Origin: Alphaproteobacteria bacterium | Lineage (GTDB): Bacteria > Pseudomonadota > Alphaproteobacteria > GCA-2746255 | DNA length: 64,000 nucleotides | Direction of reading: 5' to 3' | Assembly (NCBI GenBank): GCA_965249135.1 | Contig: OZ252220.1 | Span: 1,248,001-1,312,000 of the forward strand | Shown here: piece by piece, positions 1-9,035 of the stretch | Position numbering within the stretch: position 1 is the first letter of the stretch | Layout: every line of letters starts with the position of its first letter | Notes under the pieces: model-generated | The model's database searches: none | What the model saw: only the letters and a program-made list of their open reading frames with translations | What the model was told of the DNA's origin: nothing | Made by a program: the position numbers and the translations under genes

Positions 1-1
1 G

Positions 2-664
2 GTCATGGAGCCGGGGGAAGACCTGCCGAAGGGCGGAATTTACGACGCCAACCGCTACATGCTGATCGCGCTTCTTAGCGGCTTGGGTGCAAGCGTGACC
101 GACCTTGGCATCCTGCCGGACGCGCAAGGCCGGATCGAACAGGCACTTAAAGACGCCGCCCTTGACCACGATCTGCTCGTCACCTCGGGCGGCGTTTCCG
201 TCGGCGAGGAGGACCATGTGCGGGCAGCGGTGAGCGCGATGGGGAGCCTCCATCTCTGGCAGCTCGCCATCAAGCCGGGCCGTCCCGTCGCCCTTGGCCA
301 GGTCGGCTCCACCCCCTTCATCGGCCTGCCCGGCAACCCGGTCGCCGTCGCCGTCACCTTCCTGCGTTTCGCCCGGCCGGCCGTGCTTCGCCTGTCCGGG
401 GCGGCGGACACGGAGCCGGTGAGCTATCGGGTGAAGGCGGGCTTCGACATGAAGAAGAAGGCCGGGCGCCTGGAATGGGTGCGCTGCCGACTGCGCCGGG
501 ACAACGCCGGCGAGTTGATCGCCGAGCGCTTTCCCCGCGAGGGTTCCGGGATCCTTGCCTCGATGGTCGCTACGGACGGCCTCGTCGAGCTGCCGGAGGA
601 CGTGACGAAGGTCGCGAAAGGCATGGCGGTCGATTTCTTCCCCTATGGCGAGTTGATGCCATGA
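2..664 (+). CDS. moeA: molybdopterin molybdotransferase MoeA (5' part outside window)
   Basis: IYDANR, TSGGVSVGEEDHV, AIKPGRP, GLPGNPV motifs; followed by moaD/moaE. Confidence 0.95.
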   Translation, partial: VMEPGEDLPKGGIYDANRYMLIALLSGLGASVTDLGILPDAQGRIEQALKDAALDHDLLVTSGGVSVGEEDHVRAAVSAMGSLHLWQLAIKPGRPVALGQVGSTPFIGLPGNPVAVAVTFLRFARPAVLRLSGAADTEPVSYRVKAGFDMKKKAGRLEWVRCRLRRDNAGELIAERFPREGSGILASMVATDGLVELPEDVTKVAKGMAVDFFPYGELMP

Positions 665-918
665 AGATTTGCTACTTCGCCTGGGTGCGTGAGAAGGTGG
701 GCGTGAAGGAAGAGGAGCTTACCCCGCCACCGGAGGTGAAGGACGTGGACGGCCTCATCGAATGGCTGAAGGGACGAAGCCCGGGCCATCGGGAAGCGCT
801 GGCCGATCCTCGAATGGTCCGCGTCGCCATCAACCAGGGCTACGTGGCCGGCAACCATCCAATTGGCCCTGAAGACGAGATCGCCTTCTTCCCGCCGGTC
901 ACCGGAGGCACCCCATGA
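661..918 (+). CDS. moaD: molybdopterin synthase sulfur carrier subunit
   Basis: MKICYFAWVRE...DEIAFFPPVTGG; ATG at 661 overlaps the moeA stop. Confidence 0.95.
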   Translation: MKICYFAWVREKVGVKEEELTPPPEVKDVDGLIEWLKGRSPGHREALADPRMVRVAINQGYVAGNHPIGPEDEIAFFPPVTGGTP

Positions 919-1379
919 TCCGCATCCAAAGGGAAGACTTCGACGTGGGCGCCGAGCTGGAAAAGCTGGCGGCGGGGAACCCGAAGGTCGGAGGTATTGC
1001 CTCGTTCGTCGGAATCGTCCGGAATCACGCGGAAAATGAGGCTATTCAGGCGATGACACTTGAGCATTATCCGGGCATGACCGAGAAGGCCCTCGCCGAA
1101 ATCGAGGCGGAGGCCCGCCGACGCTGGCTGCTGGAGGCTTGCCTCATCATCCACCGCCATGGCCGGCTGAAACCGGGGGACCGCATCGTGCTGGTGGCCA
1201 CCGCGTCCCAGCACCGCCAGGCCGCCTTCGAAAGCTGCCACTTCCTGATCGACTGGCTGAAGACGAAGGCGCCCTTCTGGAAGCAGGAGGAAACGCCGAA
1301 GGGCGCGCGCTGGGTCCGCGCGCGCGCGCAAGACGACACGGCGGCGGCGCGCTGGAGCAAGGAAGAGCCTTCTTCTTAA
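915..1379 (+). CDS. moaE: molybdopterin synthase catalytic subunit
   Basis: LEHYPGMT, HRHG, DWLKTKAPFWK motifs. Confidence 0.95.
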   Translation: MIRIQREDFDVGAELEKLAAGNPKVGGIASFVGIVRNHAENEAIQAMTLEHYPGMTEKALAEIEAEARRRWLLEACLIIHRHGRLKPGDRIVLVATASQHRQAAFESCHFLIDWLKTKAPFWKQEETPKGARWVRARAQDDTAAARWSKEEPSS

Positions 1380-1389
1380 AAGAGGCCGT

Positions 1390-2271
1390 TTAAGCCGTCT
1401 CGCCACGGACCAACCGGTCGTAATCCTCCATCAGGTTGCGGGTGAGTTCGCCGACTTTGAAGCGGAACTCCCCGATCTCGCGGATGGGGGTCACCTCGGC
1501 GGCGGTGCCGGTGAGAAAGGCCTCCTCGAAATCCGCCATCTCTTCCGGCTGAATCGCGCGCTCATTGATCTCGATGCCGCGGGTCCGCGCCAGCGCCATC
1601 ACGCTTCGCCGGGTGATCCCGTCGAGAAAGCAATCGGGAACCGGCGTGTGCAGAACGCCGTCTTTCGCGAAGAAGACGTTCGCCCCCGTCGCCTCCGCGA
1701 TCCGCCCCCGCCAGTCGAGCATGAGGGCGTCGTCGTAGCCCTCCGCTTCGGCGGCGTGTTTCGACAGCGTGCAGATCATGTAGAGACCGGCCGCCTTCGT
1801 CTGGGTCGGCGCCGTGTTCGGCGCCGGACGGGCCCAGTCCGAGATGGTGAGGCGCAGGCCCTTGAGCCGCGCCTCCTTCGAAAAATAAGACGGCCAGGGC
1901 CAAGCCGCAATCGCCACGTGGATCTTCGTCTCCTGGGCGGAAACGCCCATCATCTCGCTGCCCCGCCAGGCGACGGGACGGACATAGCCATCCGAAATTT
2001 CAAGCGCCTCGATGACCTGGCGGCAGGCGCCATCGATCTCGGCTGGCGTGTAGGGCGGTGCGAAACCAAGCGCACGGGCGGAGGCGAAAAGACGTTCCGT
2101 ATGCTCCGTCAATTTAAAGATGGCGCCGCCATAGACCCGCTCGCCCTCGAAGACGCAACTCGCGTAGTGAAGGCCATGGCTGAGCACGTGGAGTCCGGCT
2201 TCGCGCCACGGGACAAGCGAACCGTCGTACCAGATGACCCCGTCGCGATCATCGAAGGGCAGCACCGTCAT
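1390..2271 (-). CDS. ilvE: branched-chain amino acid aminotransferase
   Basis: HGLHYASCVFEG, EATGANVFF, LDGITR, FLTGTAAEVTP (class IV aminotransferase). Confidence 0.92.
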   Translation of the reverse strand: MTVLPFDDRDGVIWYDGSLVPWREAGLHVLSHGLHYASCVFEGERVYGGAIFKLTEHTERLFASARALGFAPPYTPAEIDGACRQVIEALEISDGYVRPVAWRGSEMMGVSAQETKIHVAIAAWPWPSYFSKEARLKGLRLTISDWARPAPNTAPTQTKAAGLYMICTLSKHAAEAEGYDDALMLDWRGRIAEATGANVFFAKDGVLHTPVPDCFLDGITRRSVMALARTRGIEINERAIQPEEMADFEEAFLTGTAAEVTPIREIGEFRFKVGELTRNLMEDYDRLVRGETA

Positions 2272-2355
2272 CGGCAGCGTCTTTCCGGGATAAAAACCCT
2301 AGGAATCCCTACCGCGCTCGAAAGGGAGTTGATTCGAGTAGCATTCCCGTTCATA

Positions 2356-2376
2356 TATGTCAACATGGCTGACATA
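2356..2376. promoter_or_regulatory. inverted repeat TATGTCA-N7-TGACATA, candidate MarR operator
   Basis: perfect 7-bp arms spanning the marR start codon, between divergent ilvE and marR. Confidence 0.55.
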
Positions 2377-2862
2377 AAATCCGGTGTGAATCCACTCTTT
2401 CTGCGCGAGGAGGAGCTTCGCCAAGGCATGGAACTCCTGTTCTACGCCTACCGAGACTTCACCGCCGAGCCGGACGCCATCTTAGCGAAGCACAAACTCG
2501 GCCGGGCGCATCACCGGGTGATCTATTTCGTCGGTCGCTACCCCTCGATCAGCGTCAGTGAACTGCTCGACATTCTCCGCATCACGAAGCAAAGCCTATC
2601 GCGCGTCCTAGGCGAACTTGTCCGTCAAGGCTTTATCACCCAGCAACCGGGGCAGCGCGACCGCCGTCAGCGCCTGCTTCAACTCACCGCGAAGGGCGCC
2701 GAGCTTGAGCGCAAGCTTTTCGAATCCCAACGCCAGCGCGTGGCGCGCGCCTATCGCGCCGCCGGCGCCGAGGCCGTCGAAGGGTATCGCAAGGTGCTGA
2801 GCGGGATGGTCGATGACGACGGCCGCGCAAAACCCTCACGCAACCGCGGCTCCGGAGCTTAA
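2365..2862 (+). CDS. MarR-family transcriptional regulator (PetP-like)
   Basis: MELLFYAYRDFT...GRAHHRV...ITKQSLSRVL...DRRQRLLQLT winged HTH; start taken at MADIKS inside ORF 1648..2862. Confidence 0.88.
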   Translation: MADIKSGVNPLFLREEELRQGMELLFYAYRDFTAEPDAILAKHKLGRAHHRVIYFVGRYPSISVSELLDILRITKQSLSRVLGELVRQGFITQQPGQRDRRQRLLQLTAKGAELERKLFESQRQRVARAYRAAGAEAVEGYRKVLSGMVDDDGRAKPSRNRGSGA

Positions 2863-2899
2863 GCCCGGCGGCCTCGGCGCCAATCGGAAACCGCCGCCC

Positions 2900-3583
2900 A
2901 TGACAGAGGCATGCACACATATTCTGGTCGTCGACGACGACACGCGGCTTCGCGACTTGCTTCGGAAGTACCTTACGGAGAACGGCTTTCGGATAACGAC
3001 GGCGCACGATGCCGCGGAGGCACGGGAAAAGCTGCAAAGCTTCGCCTTCGACCTGATCGTTCTCGATGTCATGATGCCGGGCGAAAGCGGCTTCGAGCTT
3101 ACGGATGCACTGCGCAAGGAAGGCGACATTCCAATTCTTCTTTTAACGGCGATGGGCGAAGCGGACGACCGCATCAAGGGACTCGAGGCCGGGGCCGACG
3201 ATTACCTTCCCAAGCCGTTCGAGCCGAGGGAATTGGTGCTTCGCATTCAGACGATCCTTCGGCGCGCCCAGGAAGAAGAGACGGCCGAGGCAATCCACCT
3301 TGGAGATTGCTCCTTCGATCTGGCGCGGGAGGAATTGCGTCGCGAAGGCGAGCTCGTTCGTTTGACGAGCGCCGAGGCGAGCCTGCTTGCCACGCTCGCC
3401 AAGCATGCGGGCCAAGCGCTTAGCCGGGAAAGGCTGGTCGAGGAGGCCCGCATCCGCGGCAACACGCGGACGGTCGACGTTCAGGTGACGCGGCTTCGCC
3501 GCAAGATCGAATCGGATCCGAAGCTTCCCCGCTATCTGCAGACGGTGCGCGGCCAAGGCTACGTGCTGCGTCCGGATCGCTAG
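2900..3583 (+). CDS. ompR: OmpR-family response regulator
   Basis: ILVVDDD, LDVMMPG, GADDYLPKPF, RTVDVQVTRLRRKIE, TVRGQGY. Confidence 0.9.
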   Translation: MTEACTHILVVDDDTRLRDLLRKYLTENGFRITTAHDAAEAREKLQSFAFDLIVLDVMMPGESGFELTDALRKEGDIPILLLTAMGEADDRIKGLEAGADDYLPKPFEPRELVLRIQTILRRAQEEETAEAIHLGDCSFDLAREELRREGELVRLTSAEASLLATLAKHAGQALSRERLVEEARIRGNTRTVDVQVTRLRRKIESDPKLPRYLQTVRGQGYVLRPDR

Positions 3584-3595
3584 GAAAGACAAGGG

Positions 3596-4903
3596 ATGAT
3601 CAAACGCCTCCTGCCACAAACCCTTCTCGGGCGCTCGCTCATGATCATCGTGATGCCGCTCGTGTTGCTGCAGATCGTTGCCACCTACATTTTCTATGAG
3701 CGCCACTGGGACACGATCACCCGCCGTCTGGCCAGCGACCTGGCCGGTGAGATCACCGTCATCATCCATTTGATGGAACGCTATCCCGCGCCGGACGAGA
3801 AGAAGATGATCCTGGATCAGGCGCTGACCTTTCTCGAAATCCGCGCCTTCCTGAGGGAAGGCGAGGTGCTTCCCGCCGAAGAACCGGAGCCCGCCTTCGG
3901 CTTCCCCGATGACAAGCTCCGTCATGAGCTCGAGATTCGGTTGCGCCGACCCTTCCAGATCAACACCCAGAGCTACGATCGGGAAGTGGAGGTCCGGGTC
4001 CAGCTGCCGGAAGGGGTGCTGCAGATCATCACCCCGCGCAAGCGGCTGTTCAGCTCGACCACCTACGTCTTCATCATGTGGATGGTCGGGGTCTCGCTTA
4101 TTCTGTTCGCCATCGCGACGCTCTTCATGCGCAACCAGGTGCGCCCGATCCGCCGGCTTGCGATGGCCGCGAACCGTTTCGGGCGGGGACTCGATGTCCC
4201 CGATTTCAAGCCGGCCGGCGCGCTTGAGGTGCGTCAGGCGGCCAGTGCCTTCAACCTGATGCGGGAGCGGATCCAACGTCAAATCTCGCAGCGCACGGAT
4301 ATGCTGGCGGGCGTTTCCCACGACCTGAAGACGCCGCTAACGCGGATCAAGCTTCAGCTCGCGATGCTGAAGGACAACCCGGACATTGCGAGCATCCAGA
4401 CCGACGTCATCGACATGGAAACGATGCTGGAAGGCTACCTGGCGTTTGCCCGCGGGGAAGGCGGCGAGAAGGCGGTGGAGACGAATTTAAGCGATTTGCT
4501 GCGTGAGGTCGCGGAAGGGGCGCGGCGGGAGGGGGCTGCCGTCGATCTTCACATCGAAGGCGAGATGGTCTTGCCGCTGCGCCGCGATGCCTTCCGGCGG
4601 TGTCTCACGAATCTCGTTTCGAACAGCATGCTGCACGCCGAGCATATCGCCATTCGCGCCGGGCGGCGGGAAGCCGGCGTCGTGATGACGATCGACGATG
4701 ACGGCCCCGGCATTCCGGTGGAGCGGCGCGAAGAAGTCTTCCGTCCCTTCTACCGGCTGGATACGTCGCGCAACCGGGAGACCGGCGGCGTCGGGCTCGG
4801 CCTTTCGATCAGCCGGGACGTCATCCGCGGCCATGGCGGCGAGATTGCGCTCGACGATTCCCCACTTGGCGGTTTGCGCGTCCGGATCCGCCTGCCGCTC
4901 TGA
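3596..4903 (+). CDS. envZ: EnvZ-like sensor histidine kinase
   Basis: two TM segments, HAMP, H-box GVSHDLKTPL, DDDGPGI, GVGLGL. Confidence 0.9.
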   Translation: MIKRLLPQTLLGRSLMIIVMPLVLLQIVATYIFYERHWDTITRRLASDLAGEITVIIHLMERYPAPDEKKMILDQALTFLEIRAFLREGEVLPAEEPEPAFGFPDDKLRHELEIRLRRPFQINTQSYDREVEVRVQLPEGVLQIITPRKRLFSSTTYVFIMWMVGVSLILFAIATLFMRNQVRPIRRLAMAANRFGRGLDVPDFKPAGALEVRQAASAFNLMRERIQRQISQRTDMLAGVSHDLKTPLTRIKLQLAMLKDNPDIASIQTDVIDMETMLEGYLAFARGEGGEKAVETNLSDLLREVAEGARREGAAVDLHIEGEMVLPLRRDAFRRCLTNLVSNSMLHAEHIAIRAGRREAGVVMTIDDDGPGIPVERREEVFRPFYRLDTSRNRETGGVGLGLSISRDVIRGHGGEIALDDSPLGGLRVRIRLPL

Positions 4904-4925
4904 TTCTTAAGGCCCGAATAAGGAA

Positions 4926-4951
4926 GAGGCCGTCGGTAACCCGACGGCCTC
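4926..4951. terminator. intrinsic terminator hairpin between convergent envZ and phasin genes
   Basis: GAGGCCGTCGG-TAAC-CCGACGGCCTC, 11-bp perfect stem; T-rich tail on the minus strand. Confidence 0.7.
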
Positions 4952-4979
4952 GATCCGGCCAAACCGTAGGATGCGATCT

Positions 4980-5465
4980 TTAAGACTTCTGAGGGGCCTT
5001 TCCGGGAGCGGGCTTGGCGGCGGCGGGCTTCTCGGCCGCCGGCTTGGGCGCCTGGACGACGGAGCGGAACTCGTCGAGGCCTTCCGAAAAACGCTGCTCG
5101 ACGACATGAAAAATCGCATTCGCGGACTTCGTCGTGAGCTCCGTCAATTCGTTGAGATCGGAGACCGCCTCTTCGAAGAGCGACTCGACGAGGTCGGCCT
5201 GCTTCGACGCTTTTTCCTCCGGCGTGCCTGCTTCGACGACCGCGTTGGCGCCCTTCGTGCAGGACTCGAAACAGCCCTTCGCGAGTTCGGCCTGACGCTT
5301 CGCCAGCGACTGGAATCCTTCGAAGGCGAGCTGACCGACGGCGGTCGCCGTCTCCATGTTCCTGCGCTGGCTGGCGACCAGCGTCTCGACTTCTACCTCC
5401 GGCAGGCGAAACTCGCCGAAGAGCTTGGTGACGTCCACGTTCAAGAATGGGTTCGCTTTTTCCAT
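4980..5465 (-). CDS. phaP: phasin (PHA granule-associated protein)
   Basis: LVASQRRNME...FEGFQSLAKRQAE...SEGLDE with Ala/Pro/Lys tail; GAGGA RBS; TGC-rich boxes upstream. Confidence 0.8.
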   Translation of the reverse strand: MEKANPFLNVDVTKLFGEFRLPEVEVETLVASQRRNMETATAVGQLAFEGFQSLAKRQAELAKGCFESCTKGANAVVEAGTPEEKASKQADLVESLFEEAVSDLNELTELTTKSANAIFHVVEQRFSEGLDEFRSVVQAPKPAAEKPAAAKPAPGKAPQKS

Positions 5466-5530
5466 GACATTCATCCTCTGCTCGTTCCCGGCCGGTGCGC
5501 TCGGCACGTAACGGCCCTTATGTTCCAATC

Positions 5531-5630
5531 TATGCTGCACTGCATGCTGCAGTGTATGCTGCACTGCACAATCGGGCAGGAATATGGGCTTTTCCGGCCG
5601 ATCCGTCAAGATTTATATTGCAGTGCATAA
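5531..5630. promoter_or_regulatory. tandem PhaR-like operator boxes upstream of the phasin gene
   Basis: 12-bp period TATGCTGCACTG/CATGCTGCAGTG/TATGCTGCACTG-CACAA (5531-5571) plus TTGCAGTGCATAA (5618-5630). Confidence 0.7.
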
Positions 5631-5664
5631 AAGGGTGGAAAGCGGCCCTTTCCGGCCCGATCCG

Positions 5665-6492
5665 TCAGTCGCCGAGCTCACGCGAGCGGGCCGCCGCGGC
5701 GGCCACCGCCTGGTCGATCAGGGCCTGCAGGCCATCGCCCTCGAGGAGCAGCTTAAGGGCGGCTTCCGTCGTGCCGCCGGGGCTGGTGACGTGCTGGCGG
5801 AGCACATCCGGCGCCTCGACGGAGCGGCGCAGAAGCGCGCCGGAGCCGCTTACCGTCACCCGGGCCAGCCGCCAGGCCAGCGATGCCGGCAGCCCTGCCT
5901 TGATGCCGGCCTTGGCCAGGCATTCCGTGAACAAAAAGACGTAGGCCGGGCCGCCGCCGGAGACCGCCGTGACGATATCGAGCAGGCCCTCATCGCCGAC
6001 CCAGTCGCTTTCGCCGACCGCCTCGAGCAGGCGCTGGCAAAGCCCACGCTGTTCCTCGGTGACGGGGGGGTTTGCAAAGGCCACCGAGATGCCACGGCGA
6101 ACGGCGGCGGGCGTGTTCGGCATGGCACGCACGATCGCGGCCTCCGTGCCTAAGCCTTCCTCGAAGAAACGAATTCGTTTTCCGGCAACGATGGAAAGGA
6201 AGACCGTCTCTCTTCCGGCGAACCGGCGGCAGTCTTTGAGGACCGCCTCCATTTCCTGGGGCTTCACGGCGAAGACGACGACCGTGGGCCGATAGGCGGC
6301 ATCCAGCGCGTCCATCGCGGGCAGGATGCGAAGCCCGGCCCGGCAGCGGAAGGCTTCGGCGGCGGCAGGTGACGGCTCGATGACCGTTACCTGCTCGGGC
6401 GGAACCCTGCGCTCCAGCCAGCCATCGAGCATGGCGCCGCCCATCTTGCCGCAACCAATAAGAAGAGTGGGCGCTTCCACGGATATGCCCAT
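5665..6492 (-). CDS. proC: pyrroline-5-carboxylate reductase
   Basis: IGCGKMG, AVKPQ, RAMPNTP, SGGGPAY, VTSPGGTT. Confidence 0.95.
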   Translation of the reverse strand: MGISVEAPTLLIGCGKMGGAMLDGWLERRVPPEQVTVIEPSPAAAEAFRCRAGLRILPAMDALDAAYRPTVVVFAVKPQEMEAVLKDCRRFAGRETVFLSIVAGKRIRFFEEGLGTEAAIVRAMPNTPAAVRRGISVAFANPPVTEEQRGLCQRLLEAVGESDWVGDEGLLDIVTAVSGGGPAYVFLFTECLAKAGIKAGLPASLAWRLARVTVSGSGALLRRSVEAPDVLRQHVTSPGGTTEAALKLLLEGDGLQALIDQAVAAAAARSRELGD

Positions 6493-6504
6493 GCCCGATG
6501 AAGC

Positions 6505-7008
6505 CTAAGCTTCGCCGATCGTATCGAGCAGCGCGAGCTGGAGCGCCTCCGATGGTTCCTTGTTCCCCCAGAGCACGAACTGCAACGCTGGGTAGAAGCG
6601 ATCGCACTCGATTAACCCCGTCTCCATCAGGTCCTCGATTTGTTCGGAACTCGCCCCATGCATGCCGCGAAGAGGCAGCGTGTGACGAAACATCGGCAGG
6701 CCGTCTTCCGACCACATGTCGAAATGCCCGAGCCACAGCCGCTCATTCGCCGAGGTCAGAAGCTCGGCAATCGGGCGGCGCTTCGGGCCAGGCACGCGAA
6801 GATCCATCGCGCAGGAAAAATGCAGGGCGTCCGCCTCCCGCCGCCACGCAAAATACAGATTGAGATCGCACCACCGCCCCGGCACATCGGCGGAAAGCTC
6901 TTCCCGGTTGGCCCGTTTGAAGAGCCAATCGTGATGGACGAGAAGGTCCTCGACGAGATCGAGGGGGTTTGACGGGCGGCTTCTTATGGATGTGGACAGC
7001 ACGGTCAT
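6505..7008 (-). CDS. YbjN-domain protein
   Basis: NPLDLVE...NERLWLGHFDMW...ECDRFYPALQFVLW; usual neighbour of proC in alphaproteobacteria. Confidence 0.8.
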   Translation of the reverse strand: MTVLSTSIRSRPSNPLDLVEDLLVHHDWLFKRANREELSADVPGRWCDLNLYFAWRREADALHFSCAMDLRVPGPKRRPIAELLTSANERLWLGHFDMWSEDGLPMFRHTLPLRGMHGASSEQIEDLMETGLIECDRFYPALQFVLWGNKEPSEALQLALLDTIGEA

Positions 7009-7234
7009 CGAAACGTCCTCTGGCGGGTGACGGGCCCTTAAGGACACGAGATATGGGGTACTACCCTCCTGCAATACACCATACCGGCCAAATTGCCAGA
7101 ATGTCCCGCGCCGCGCAAGCCGTGAGTGAAAAGCGGCCCCCCCCACCCGGCAAGCCGGGCCTGGCAAGCCGGCTCGCGAGTTGCGGCGGCAGGGACCCGG
7201 TCCTATAAGGAGAGCGGACTTAGGGGATGACGCC

Positions 7235-8221
7235 ATGATCGTGGTAACGGGCGGCGCCGGTTTCATCGGGTCGAACCTGTTGGCCGGCCTCGATGCCCAG
7301 GGTGAAAAGGCGCTCGTCGTCAGCGACCGTCTGGACGATGGAGAGAAGTGGCAGAACGTCGCGAAACGAAGTCTCACCGACATCGTTCGACCGGACGATC
7401 TGATGCCTTTCCTCGACAGCCACCGCGGCGAGGTGACGGCGATCTTCCATCTCGGTGCGATTTCCGACACCACCGTGCTGGATACGGAACGTCTGCTGGA
7501 GACGAATTTTCGTCTTTCCGTTTCCCTATGGGAGTACGCTGCCGAAGAAGGCATCCGTTTCTTCTACGCCTCCTCGGCCGCCACCTACGGGGACGGGTCC
7601 CAAGGATTCGACGACGACGGATCGCCGGAAGCGCTGGCCAAGTTTCGGCCGCTCAACCCTTACGGCTGGAGCAAACATCTCTTCGACCAGCATGTCGCCA
7701 AGGCCGTTCGCGAAGGCCGGCCGGAGCCACCCCAGTGGATAGGGCTCAAATTCTTCAATGTCTATGGGCCGAACGAATACCACAAGGGACGGCAGAAGAG
7801 TGTCATCGCCCAGATCTTCCCGGACGTGAAAGCCGGCCGATCGGTCCGTCTTTTCCGTTCGCACAATCCGGACTATCCGGATGGCGGTCAGTTGCGCGAC
7901 TTCCTGTGGGTCGGCGACAGCGTGGAAGTGATCCTGTGGCTTTACGCGCATCCGCATGTAAGCGGGCTTTTCAATCTTGGCTCCGGCAAGGCCCGAAGCT
8001 TCCTGGACCTTGCCTATGCGCTGTTCGCCGCCCTTGAGGCGGAACCAAGAATCGAATTCATCGACACGCCGGAAGAAGTCCGCGAGCGTTACCAGTACTT
8101 CACCCAGGCGGAGATGTTGCACCTTCGCCAGGCGGGGTACGATCAACCTTTTCTTTCGCTCGAAGACGGGATCGCGCGCTACGTGCGCGACCACCTGAAT
8201 ACGGCGGATCCTTACGTCTAG
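7235..8221 (+). CDS. hldD: ADP-L-glycero-D-manno-heptose 6-epimerase
   Basis: MIVVTGGAGFIGSN, YASSAATYG, PLNPYGWSK, FFNVYGPNEYHKG, YQYFTQA. Confidence 0.92.
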   Translation: MIVVTGGAGFIGSNLLAGLDAQGEKALVVSDRLDDGEKWQNVAKRSLTDIVRPDDLMPFLDSHRGEVTAIFHLGAISDTTVLDTERLLETNFRLSVSLWEYAAEEGIRFFYASSAATYGDGSQGFDDDGSPEALAKFRPLNPYGWSKHLFDQHVAKAVREGRPEPPQWIGLKFFNVYGPNEYHKGRQKSVIAQIFPDVKAGRSVRLFRSHNPDYPDGGQLRDFLWVGDSVEVILWLYAHPHVSGLFNLGSGKARSFLDLAYALFAALEAEPRIEFIDTPEEVRERYQYFTQAEMLHLRQAGYDQPFLSLEDGIARYVRDHLNTADPYV

Positions 8222-8234
8222 CGGTGGTTTGAAG

Positions 8235-9035
8235 ATGTTGCCCGTCCTTGCCTTCCCAGCCATCGAGCCTGTGCTTTTCGAGTTCGGCCCCATCGCGATC
8301 CGCTGGTACGCGCTGGCTTACGTGGCGGGCCTGCTTTTGGGGTGGTGGTACCTCCGAACTCTGGCCGTGCGACCGCCGCCGGTGATGACGCAACGCCAGG
8401 CGGACGACCTTTTGCTGTGGGCCACGCTCGGCGTCCTGCTTGGCGGGCGCGTCGGCTACGTGCTCATCTACAATCCCGGCTTCTATTTCGACCACCCGAT
8501 GGAAATCCTGGCCGTCTGGCGCGGCGGCATGGCCTTCCACGGCGGCCTGGTCGGGGTCCTGCTGGCCACCGGCCTGTTCTGCTGGCGGCAGAAACTTTCC
8601 TTCCTTGCCGTCAGCGATCTGGTGGCCTGCGTGACCCCCATCGGGCTTTTCCTTGGCCGCATCGCCAATTTCATCAATGGCGAACTTTACGGACGCATGA
8701 CGGAGGTTCCCTGGGGGGTCGTCTTTCCGAACGGCGGGCCGAAGGCACGCCATCCGAGTCAGATCTACGAAGCCCTGCTTGAAGGCGCGCTTCTCTTTCT
8801 CCTTCTATACGTGCTCATGCGATTCACGAATGCGCGAGACAAGCCGGGGCTGCTTGGCGGCGTCTTTCTTGGCGGGTATGCGATCGTGCGTTATGGCGTC
8901 GAGTATTATCGCCAGCCGGACACGCAGGTCGGGCTCATCGGACCGGGGCTCACCATGGGACAGGTGCTTTGCGTGCCCCTCTTCCTCGCCGGTCTCGCAC
9001 TCTTTCTCTGGGCATGGAGGAAACGGCCCGCCTGA
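8235..9035 (+). CDS. lgt: prolipoprotein diacylglyceryl transferase
   Basis: IRWYALAY, GGMAFHGG, GRIANFINGELYGR, HPSQIYE. Confidence 0.95.
   Translation: MLPVLAFPAIEPVLFEFGPIAIRWYALAYVAGLLLGWWYLRTLAVRPPPVMTQRQADDLLLWATLGVLLGGRVGYVLIYNPGFYFDHPMEILAVWRGGMAFHGGLVGVLLATGLFCWRQKLSFLAVSDLVACVTPIGLFLGRIANFINGELYGRMTEVPWGVVFPNGGPKARHPSQIYEALLEGALLFLLLYVLMRFTNARDKPGLLGGVFLGGYAIVRYGVEYYRQPDTQVGLIGPGLTMGQVLCVPLFLAGLALFLWAWRKRPA

Noticed and set aside
1648-2364. Long N-terminal extensions in the ORF track (marR; also petB, petC, YbjN, dsbA, mutY)
   Set aside because: They overlap neighbouring real genes; homology and RBS support the downstream starts
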